Assembly: GCA_946562005.1 (NCBI GenBank)
Contig: CAMNVD010000002.1
Coordinates: forward strand, 1 to 38,701
Source of the DNA: an uncultured Clostridia bacterium
GTDB taxonomy: Bacteria > Bacillota > Dehalobacteriia > UBA4068 > JAAVYR01
Reading direction: 5' to 3'
DNA: 38,701 nucleotides
In this document: piece by piece, positions 8,150 to 15,260 of the stretch
Numbering within the stretch: position 1 is the first letter of the stretch
Layout: each line of letters starts with the position of its first letter
Made by a program: the position numbers and the translations under genes
Notes under the pieces: generated by a model
Told to the model about the DNA's origin: nothing
Seen by the model: the letters and a program-made list of their open reading frames with translations, nothing else
Databases searched by the model: none

Positions 8150-9766
8150 ATGAATCTGGATGCTATGTATTATCCTTATGCCTCCAAGCGATTTGCCACT
8201 TTTGCGAAAAATGGTATGGTTTCCACCTCGCAAAATCTTGCAGCGCAAGCTGGTCTTTCCATCTTGCAAAAAGGCGGCAATGCTATTGACGCCGCTATCG
8301 CTACAGCGGCCTGTCTTACGGTAGTAGAGCCTACCTCTAACGGTATCGGCGGCGACAACTTTGCTCTTGTTTGGACAGGAAGAAAGCTCCACGGTATGAA
8401 CTCCAGCGGCTTTGCGCCGGGGCTTGCTTCTATTGATGCGTTAAAGGAACGGGGCATTACGGAGATGCCTTCGGAAGGATTCCTCTCTGTCACGGTGCCG
8501 GGGGCCCCTGCTGGTTGGGCGGCGCTTGCCAAGAAATTCGGCCGGTTGCCGCTCACCGAGACATTAGCGCCTGCTATCCGCTATGCGGAAGAGGGGTTCC
8601 CGGTGTCTCCCATTGTAGCCAAATACTGGCGCAATGAAATCGCTTACTACCGCAGTAAAGACTGGGGAGAGGTATTGGAGCCCTTCTTTGGTACCTTTAC
8701 CAATGGTGAGGGGAAAGCGCCTGTGGCCGGGGAATATTGGCGTTGTCCTGACCAGGGTGCAACGCTTCGCTTGATTGCCGAAACTGACGGTGAAGCTTTT
8801 TATCATGGGGAGCTGGCCGAAAAAATCGACGCTTTTTCTCGGAAGCATAACGCTTTCATCCGGAAAGAAGATTTGGCAGCTTTTGCTACCGAATGGGTAG
8901 ACCCTATCAGCGTCAACTACCGGGGGTATGATGTCTGGGAAATCCCGCCTAGCGGACAAGGCTTGGTAGCGCTCATGGCGCTTAATACTTTAAATGGCAT
9001 GGATATGGAAGCCAAAGATACGCCGGCTGCTTACCACAAGCAAATTGAAGCATTGAAATTAGCCTTTAGCGACGGCAAAGCTTATATTAGCGACCCTCGT
9101 TTTATGCAGGCTAAGGTAACAGATTTACTTTCGGAAGAATTTGCGGCGGCTAGACGGGCGCAGTTTAATCCGGAAGAAGCTATCCTGCCGCAGCCGGGGA
9201 CATTGCCTAGCGGTGGTACTGTATACTTAGCGGCGGCAGACGGCGAAGGCAATATGATTTCTATGATTCAAAGCAACTATCGGAAGTTTGGTTCTGGCAT
9301 TGTGGTGCCGGGGACTGGCATTTCCCTGCAAAACAGAGGCGCCGGCTTTACCTTGGATGAAAATCATCCTAATGCCTTAGCGCCGGGGAAAAAGCCTTAT
9401 CACACCATTATTCCTGGTTTCCTTACCAAAGACGGAGAAGCGGTAGGACCTTTCGGCGTTATGGGCGGCTTCATGCAGCCCCAAGGCCACTTGCAAGTGG
9501 TGATGAACACCATTGACTGGCATTTGAATCCGCAAGCTGCCTTAGATGCGCCTAGATGGATGTGGACGGAGGGAAAAACGGTGAAAGTAGAACCGGAATT
9601 CCCCAAACACATTGCAGAGGCATTAGCTCGTATGGGACACGACATTGTGCCCTCCGTCGATGAAAACGGCTTTGGCCGGGGGCAAATCATCTGGCGTGAC
9701 CCGAAAACCGGTGTGCTCATGGGCGGCACGGACCGCCGCTGTGATTCCCAAATCGCTGCATATTAA
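8150..9766 (+). CDS. ggt: Gamma-glutamyltransferase family protein (no signal peptide seen)
   Basis: 538 aa. Family-typical blocks are present: TSNGIGGD, a putative autoprocessing Thr in PSGGTVYLAAAD, and HTIIPGF...GVMGG. Confidence 0.9.
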   Translation: MNLDAMYYPYASKRFATFAKNGMVSTSQNLAAQAGLSILQKGGNAIDAAIATAACLTVVEPTSNGIGGDNFALVWTGRKLHGMNSSGFAPGLASIDALKERGITEMPSEGFLSVTVPGAPAGWAALAKKFGRLPLTETLAPAIRYAEEGFPVSPIVAKYWRNEIAYYRSKDWGEVLEPFFGTFTNGEGKAPVAGEYWRCPDQGATLRLIAETDGEAFYHGELAEKIDAFSRKHNAFIRKEDLAAFATEWVDPISVNYRGYDVWEIPPSGQGLVALMALNTLNGMDMEAKDTPAAYHKQIEALKLAFSDGKAYISDPRFMQAKVTDLLSEEFAAARRAQFNPEEAILPQPGTLPSGGTVYLAAADGEGNMISMIQSNYRKFGSGIVVPGTGISLQNRGAGFTLDENHPNALAPGKKPYHTIIPGFLTKDGEAVGPFGVMGGFMQPQGHLQVVMNTIDWHLNPQAALDAPRWMWTEGKTVKVEPEFPKHIAEALARMGHDIVPSVDENGFGRGQIIWRDPKTGVLMGGTDRRCDSQIAAY

Positions 9767-9783
9767 TTCACTTTGTATCTGAT

Positions 9784-9838
9784 AAATACTTACTGCCGCT
9801 TATCGCTTATTTTATGTTAGCGGCAGTAAGTATTTTTT
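9784..9838 (+). terminator. Rho-independent terminator after ggt
   Basis: aaatacttactgccgct / agcggcagtaagtattt form a 17-bp stem followed by a T-run. Confidence 0.7.
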
Positions 9839-9963
9839 ATTTTATGGGATAGCTGGGGATTCTACTGTCCGTGGATAAGGTTCCACAGATTGTTTCTTGT
9901 CTTTCTGGCATCTATGTATTATGCTGAGGCAGAAAGAACATCATAAGTAACGAGGGGATATAT

Positions 9964-10644
9964 ATGAAAATCATTGCTCATATTCAGACAGATTTTCCGG
10001 ATAAATTTGGCATTCCCCGGCAAAGCGGCTTGGTACCATCTTTGCAGGGGCGAGTAATCTTTACACCGGAGTTTCGCACGCCGGAAGCAGTCCGTGGCTT
10101 GGAACAGTTTTCTCATATTTGGCTGTTGTGGCAGTTTTCTAAGAGCGGCAAAGAACATTGGTCGGCGACTGTTCGGCCGCCTCGGCTCGATGGCAATACC
10201 CGCATTGGTGTTTTTGCTACCCGTTCTCCTTTTCGCCCCAATGATATCGGTCTTTCTTCTGTGCGGCTGGAAAAGGTAGAATTTACTGAGACGCTGGGGC
10301 CGGTGCTTTGGGTATCTGGTGTTGATTTGTTAGACGGTACGCCCATTTATGATATTAAACCCTATATACCTTATACGGATTGTCATCCCGAGGCGACGGA
10401 AGGATACACCGGAAAAACAAAGCAATATGGCTTGCAGGTGGATTTTCCGCCTCATCTTTTAGAAAGACTGCCTCTGGTAAAAAGAGAAGGGGCGCTGGGC
10501 GTCCTGGCTCAAGACCCTCGTCCTGCTTATCAGCATGATCCAGACCGGATTTATGGTGTATCTTTTGCCGGTTTTGATGTGAGATTTACTGTTGATAGGG
10601 ATAAGCTTACTGTGTGTGATGTAATAGACCAGGCAGCTGAATAA
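9964..10644 (+). CDS. trmO: tRNA (m6t6A37) methyltransferase TrmO (TsaA/YaeB family)
   Basis: FGIPRQSGL, AVRGLEQFSHIWLLW, VRPPRL..N.R.GVFATRSPFRPN, DGTPIYDIKPY and AQDPRPAY all match the conserved E. coli YaeB/TrmO blocks that I recall. Confidence 0.8.
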   Translation: MKIIAHIQTDFPDKFGIPRQSGLVPSLQGRVIFTPEFRTPEAVRGLEQFSHIWLLWQFSKSGKEHWSATVRPPRLDGNTRIGVFATRSPFRPNDIGLSSVRLEKVEFTETLGPVLWVSGVDLLDGTPIYDIKPYIPYTDCHPEATEGYTGKTKQYGLQVDFPPHLLERLPLVKREGALGVLAQDPRPAYQHDPDRIYGVSFAGFDVRFTVDRDKLTVCDVIDQAAE

Positions 10645-10687
10645 ATATGATAAATAAACATAATGGAATAGAAAGGCGGGATAGGGT

Positions 10688-11401
10688 ATGATTGATAGTC
10701 AGAAAATCGGTCAATTTATTTTAGAAAAGCGAAAATCCTTTGGCTACACCCAGCAGCAGCTGGCAGAGGTGCTTGGCGTTACCAACAAGGCTGTCTCTAA
10801 ATGGGAGACAGGGGAAGGCTTACCAGATATCAGTCTTTTCCCTGTTCTCGGAGAAGTGTTGGGCGTATCTGTAGATGAATTGCTGCAAGGGGGAGCGTTA
10901 GCGCATAGCAGCGAAGATAATCAAGGTAGAAAAACTTCTGTAACAGATGGTGTGGCGCTTTCTCGTTATCAGTGGGAACGGCAAATAGAAAAATTTAAAA
11001 AACGCTGTCTTGTGTCGCTCTTCATCAGCTTGCTGGGTACCATTTGCTTCGGTATTGTTTGGCTGGAGCAGCAGGATTATTATAGCTTTGGCATTGGGAT
11101 TATTGCTCAGTTGGTTAGCATTTGTCTGTTTGTGGCGTCTTATTGGTCTCTTGCCTTTGAGGAACGGGCATATCTGGCCTTGTACTCTGAGGAGAAGCCT
11201 CAGAGTAGGGCTTTGTTTTGGAAGTTTCTCTGTTGGCTCCTGATGTTTTGGCTCATTGTACCGCTCCTCCTTTTAGATAATTTTGTGGTGCGGTTGATTC
11301 CCTGGGCGCGTAGCAGCATTGCTGATATCTCTTTCTTCTTGGCAGGGATTGGCATTATCGCTCTTTTCCTTCTTTTTAATCACTATAGAAGACGTTGGTA
11401 A
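10688..11401 (+). CDS. XRE-family HTH domain protein with C-terminal membrane domain
   Basis: The N-terminus FGYTQQQLAEVLGVTNKAVSKWETGEGLPDISLF is an HTH_3 motif. About four hydrophobic helices follow. Confidence 0.7.
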   Translation: MIDSQKIGQFILEKRKSFGYTQQQLAEVLGVTNKAVSKWETGEGLPDISLFPVLGEVLGVSVDELLQGGALAHSSEDNQGRKTSVTDGVALSRYQWERQIEKFKKRCLVSLFISLLGTICFGIVWLEQQDYYSFGIGIIAQLVSICLFVASYWSLAFEERAYLALYSEEKPQSRALFWKFLCWLLMFWLIVPLLLLDNFVVRLIPWARSSIADISFFLAGIGIIALFLLFNHYRRRW

Positions 11402-11488
11402 AAAAGGATTTGCTCTGGGGACGTGCTCCTGTTTCTTTATTTTGCATATATTGTCTATATGATTCGCAAAAATATAGGAGGATGTTCT

Positions 11489-11809
11489 ATGGCAATTCCT
11501 TTTTTAACGGAAGAAAATACGCTGAGTTTTCTGGCAAAGCAGGAAAAACCGGTGTTGGTAGACTTCTTTGCGCCTTGGTGCGGACCATGTAAAATGCTGG
11601 CGCCCATGATAGAGCAGCTGGCGGAGACGGAAAAAGACCGGGTAGTGGTGGCAAAGGTGAATGTGGAAGAAGCAAAGAACTTGGCAAAGGCTTATCATGT
11701 TTATTCTATTCCTACTGTTATCTGTTTTGTCGGTGGGAAAGATATTGCCCGCCATGTGGGCTTTGGCTCCAAACAACAAATATTGGGATTATTGCCCAAA
11801 CAGGTGTAG
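11489..11809 (+). CDS. trxA: Thioredoxin
   Basis: ATG at 11489 follows an AGGAGGA SD. The WCGPC active site is present. About 106 aa. Confidence 0.9.
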   Translation: MAIPFLTEENTLSFLAKQEKPVLVDFFAPWCGPCKMLAPMIEQLAETEKDRVVVAKVNVEEAKNLAKAYHVYSIPTVICFVGGKDIARHVGFGSKQQILGLLPKQV

Positions 11810-12286
11810 GATGTCGAGGATTATCCGCAAAGAACCAGTATGGTTCCCCTTTTTCTTTGAGCAGCATATATTGAAAATAGAATGCGACAGTGAAAGGGGA
11901 ACTTCCATTTTATGGCGCAGTATAATGGTAGAAACAGGAAGAAAATAGATGACAAAACCCAGCGCCAAAATGAAAGGGCTAGCCGTCATGAGGACCCTTG
12001 TGAAAATCCTTTTGCAGGCTTTGACTTGCCGCCTTGCGCTCGATTTCTCAATAATTACAACCCTATGGTCAATGCAGAGGGACAATGTATTTTTATCAAC
12101 TATAACCGGGTTTATTGCTTTGTTAGCCTTTTTTGTCAGCAAGGCGATGAAAATCCGTTTATCAAAAATAATCTATCTGCCTTTGCTTGTCAGTCCACCA
12201 TTAATTATCAAATATCCTTTGCTAATTTTCTCTTAGCGGTACTGATTCATCAAATACAGCTGGGGGAGGTAAAAAAAACAAAGGAT

Positions 12287-12727
12287 ATGGTGTTTCATCA
12301 TGATAAAGTAATGAACGATATGATTAACAGCTTGTTAGATGATACGCCAAAAATGGATTGTGACTGTGTGCCATCTATTACATTGTATTGCTCTAATTCT
12401 AATGCGGTGATGCCCTTATATACTGTTACCACCAACATTAGTCCATTAAATTTTTATATTATTATCCTGTTGATTTTATGGGAGCGGGATGCAGGGCTTT
12501 ACCTGGGAAATAATGCTTATGTGACGCCGGACACGATTAATTACAGTTTATCTTCTTTGTATTTTCCTTGCCCGGACCCAAGTTGCGTGCATTGCGGCAT
12601 GGCTTGTGATTTTTGCGGCAATCCCTGGCAAAAAAAGGAGGGTGGCGGACGAGATAGTGTTTGCAATAAAAAGCAGAAGAATGGGCAAACTAAACACGGT
12701 GATAGAAAAAAAGAGCGAAAAAAATAA
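12287..12727 (+). CDS. Hypothetical Cys-rich, Lys-rich-tailed protein (coding status doubtful)
   Basis: This is the distal part of the 271-aa ORF 11912-12727 (MVFHHDKVMNDMINSLLDD...CDC...CPDPSCVHCGMACDFCG...KKERKK). No well-spaced SD is visible. I see at most a vague CotY/CotZ-like flavour, which I cannot verify. Confidence 0.25.
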   Translation: MVFHHDKVMNDMINSLLDDTPKMDCDCVPSITLYCSNSNAVMPLYTVTTNISPLNFYIIILLILWERDAGLYLGNNAYVTPDTINYSLSSLYFPCPDPSCVHCGMACDFCGNPWQKKEGGGRDSVCNKKQKNGQTKHGDRKKERKK

Positions 12728-12745
12728 GAAATTTCTCAGAAGCTC

Positions 12746-12774
12746 TTGCATATGTAAGAAGCTTGTGGTAAAAT
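12746..12774 (+). promoter_or_regulatory. Sigma-A type promoter for tRNA-Thr
   Basis: TTGCAT (12746-12751), a 17-nt spacer, then an extended -10 TGgTAAAAT (12769-12774). Confidence 0.55.
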
Positions 12775-12797
12775 AGCTCTTGCAGTTATGGCTGTGT

Positions 12798-12873
12798 GCC
12801 GCAGTAGCTCAGTAGGTAGAGCGCTACCTTGGTAAGGTAGAGGTCACCGGTTCGACTCCGGTCTGTGGCTCCA
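12798..12873 (+). tRNA. tRNA-Thr (anticodon GGT)
   Basis: Manual cloverleaf: acceptor GCCGCAG/CTGTGGC, D arm GCTC/GAGC, anticodon stem CTACC/GGTAG with loop TTGGTAA, T arm ACCGG-TTCGACT-CCGGT, and an encoded CCA. Confidence 0.95.
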
Positions 12874-12878
12874 AAGAA

Positions 12879-12922
12879 ATCCCTGATAGCGATTTAGGCA
12901 TCAGGGATTATTTTATTTTTTT
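12879..12922 (+). terminator. Rho-independent terminator after tRNA-Thr
   Basis: atccctgat / atcagggat stem followed by a long T-rich run. Confidence 0.75.
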
Positions 12923-12930
12923 AAATAAGT

Positions 12931-12962
12931 AAAAGGAGAGGACATTGGTCCCCTCCTTTTTT
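12931..12962. terminator. Second hairpin with flanking A/T runs (bidirectional)
   Basis: aaaaggagaggac-att-ggtcccctcctttttt, with one mismatch in the stem. Confidence 0.45.
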
Positions 12963-13079
12963 ATTAGCTGGTTAGAATCGTTTTGTTTTGGTAGATGCTT
13001 TGCTTTGCAGGCGGTCGAGGGCTTCAAGTCTTCGGATAGATTGAAGTAAATATGGCCTAAAAAAATAGGCTGTTGCTCT

Positions 13080-14594
13080 TTAAATTTTCCAGGTGATTTC
13101 CGCTTTGCCGTCTGCTACTTTAATGACCTTAATAAGGGTGTCTGTTACCGCTTGTTTATCTTCGGTGGAAAGGGTATCCCATTTTGCCACATGGTCGGTG
13201 ATTTGCCCTAAATTGTTTTCTGTTTGCTGGTAAGTAAGAGAAATAATTTCCTCTTGTAATGTGTTATGCTCTTTGTCCAGGTCGTCAATTTTTTCATTGA
13301 TGTAGCGCATCAGTGTAGGGTTTGCATTGACTACTTTTTCCAGTAGGCTGCTGATTTCTTCTTCTATTTGCGTTAAGCGAATTTTGTTTTTTGCTATTTT
13401 GGGGATTGCTTGCCTTTCTTTCTCATCAGAAAGTTTTTCAAACTCTGATAATTTCTCCCGGATAGCTTTTTCCATGTATGCCTCAAAGACATCAGCGTAA
13501 ATGGTGCTGCCGGTTCCAGTGCAATTACCATGGCTGCCTGCCTGACTGCAAACGAAATATCGTCCCCATTTGGTTTTTGCCTTTTTGACTGTAACGGCGT
13601 AGCCGCAATTACCGCATTTCACTTTTCCTACTAACCAAGAATTTTTTGCTTTGCAGGTTTGCGCAGATTGGCGGTTGTTTAAGCAGCGCACTCGGCAAGC
13701 TAACCATGTTTCAGAAGGGATAATTCCTTTGTGGGGCGCAAGGACGACCTCCTTATTTTCTAAGTGATTGAATTTGCGTCCTTGATAGGAATTATCCCTG
13801 GTTTTGTAAAGGTAACAGGCGTTGCCGTTGGTAAAGTCGGAAACAGGATTGGTGATCTCTGCCCCCTGGCTTTTGAGAAAATTGTAAACATCAATGTCTG
13901 TTTGTACATAGACAGGATTTCTCAGCATATCGCTGATTTTTGCCCTCGACCAAGGGGCGCCTCGTAGTTTTTTAATGCCATGCTCATTTAGGTACCGTAG
14001 AATATCACCAAGAGAATTTTGTGCGTTGGCATACAGAGAATAAATTAATTTCACCTGTTCGCTTTCTTCCGGCACTTCTTCGTACATAGAAGTACGAATG
14101 CCGTCAATGGCTGTTTCTTTTAAGCGGTAGCCGTACGGCGCAGGACCGCCCATAAAGAACCCTCGTTTGCTCCTGGCATAATAAGCGTCGGTTACCCGCT
14201 TCTGTATGGTTTCTCGTTCTAGCTGGGCAAAAACAATGCAAATATTCAACATGGCTCTGCCAATGGGGGTAGAGGTGTCGAACTTTTCTGTGGAGGAAAC
14301 AAACTCTACATTATGCTTCTGGAATGTTTCCATCATGTTGGCAAAGTCCAAGATAGAACGGCTAATACGGTCTAACTTATAAACGATAACTCGTTTAATT
14401 TTTCCGGCTCTAATATCATTCATCATTCGTTCAAAATCTGGACGGTTGGTGTCTTTTCCGCTAAAGCCTCTGTCTGCATATTCAATATAAGGGTTGCCGT
14501 GAGTTTCATACCGGCAATATTCCAGCTGACTTTCTACTGAGATACTGTCCTTTTTCTCGATGGATTGTCGTCCGTATAATGCGTCATATATCAC
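13080..14594 (-). CDS. Large serine recombinase (resolvase/invertase N-domain, recombinase and zinc-ribbon domains, coiled coil)
   Basis: Catalytic region IYDALYGRQSIEKKDS, VIVYKLDRISRS, and a Cys cluster CGNCGY...C..C. I prefer the GTG at 14594 (behind GGAGGAAAA) to the ORF-track GTG at 14633, because it places the catalytic Ser at about residue 11. Confidence 0.9.
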   Translation of the reverse strand: MIYDALYGRQSIEKKDSISVESQLEYCRYETHGNPYIEYADRGFSGKDTNRPDFERMMNDIRAGKIKRVIVYKLDRISRSILDFANMMETFQKHNVEFVSSTEKFDTSTPIGRAMLNICIVFAQLERETIQKRVTDAYYARSKRGFFMGGPAPYGYRLKETAIDGIRTSMYEEVPEESEQVKLIYSLYANAQNSLGDILRYLNEHGIKKLRGAPWSRAKISDMLRNPVYVQTDIDVYNFLKSQGAEITNPVSDFTNGNACYLYKTRDNSYQGRKFNHLENKEVVLAPHKGIIPSETWLACRVRCLNNRQSAQTCKAKNSWLVGKVKCGNCGYAVTVKKAKTKWGRYFVCSQAGSHGNCTGTGSTIYADVFEAYMEKAIREKLSEFEKLSDEKERQAIPKIAKNKIRLTQIEEEISSLLEKVVNANPTLMRYINEKIDDLDKEHNTLQEEIISLTYQQTENNLGQITDHVAKWDTLSTEDKQAVTDTLIKVIKVADGKAEITWKI

Positions 14595-14677
14595 AGTGTT
14601 TTCCTCCGTGGCAGGATATATGACATAATTCACCCATAACTACATGATACCGTAAGAAAATAGTGTTGCCAATCCGA

Positions 14678-14842
14678 TTATTCATATTTCTGAAAGATGT
14701 GGAAAAGCTCTTTTTCAATTTCTTGTTTGATGATTTCCTGAGATTTTCCTATGTATTGCGGGCAGTGGTGAACGACAACCAGATGCATATTATCCTGGTT
14801 AATGCTGGCGGTATTAGTGATATAAGATAGTTTACTTCTCAT
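14678..14842 (-). CDS. 54-aa hypothetical protein upstream of the recombinase (candidate accessory or directionality factor)
   Basis: Below the ORF-track cut-off. ATG at 14842 follows an AAAGGGGGG SD and gives MRSKLSYITNTASINQDNMHLVVVHHCPQYIGKSQEIIKQEIEKELFHIFQKYE*. Confidence 0.4.
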   Translation of the reverse strand: MRSKLSYITNTASINQDNMHLVVVHHCPQYIGKSQEIIKQEIEKELFHIFQKYE

Positions 14843-15023
14843 AAAAGATACCCCCCTTTGTTTTCATATATTTTATGAATGAGGGATTGTCTCTTATGAC
14901 AGAAGAACTGGGGTATAGTTTTGCTGCATAGGTAATCCTCCTTAAAAAATCATTCTAAGAAACAAATACCCAGGAAGGGGGCAAAACGGAATACCACGAT
15001 ACGCCAAAAACCGGGAGCGCCAA

Positions 15024-15056
15024 TAAAAAAATGACGAGAACAGGAAGGTTCTCGCC
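15024..15056 (-). terminator. Rho-independent terminator of the RT operon
   Basis: The minus strand reads ggcgagaaccttcctgttctcgtc followed by attttttt. It lies about 200 nt downstream of the RT stop codon. Confidence 0.65.
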
Positions 15057-15260
15057 ACGAAAAATTATAGATGGGCTGGTAGAAATTGGTTTAGTCAAGT
15101 GTTTGGATTGTCGGAAAGTTTTTAGGAGTAGCCTAAGATATGTTTTGAGATCCTGTGGATTTTAATACGTTAGTTGGAAACTGTTAGAGACTCTTTACTA
15201 ATTATGGGATAGCTTAAAATAGTTTTATGATTATCGCTTGAAATGCTAGAAACAGGAGGA

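Noticed and set aside
8117-8556. Minus-strand ORFs 8117-8392 and 8176-8556, plus 8564-8959 and 9400-9729
   Set aside because: They are antisense to the well-supported ggt gene. Long antisense frames of this kind are typical of GC-balanced coding DNA.
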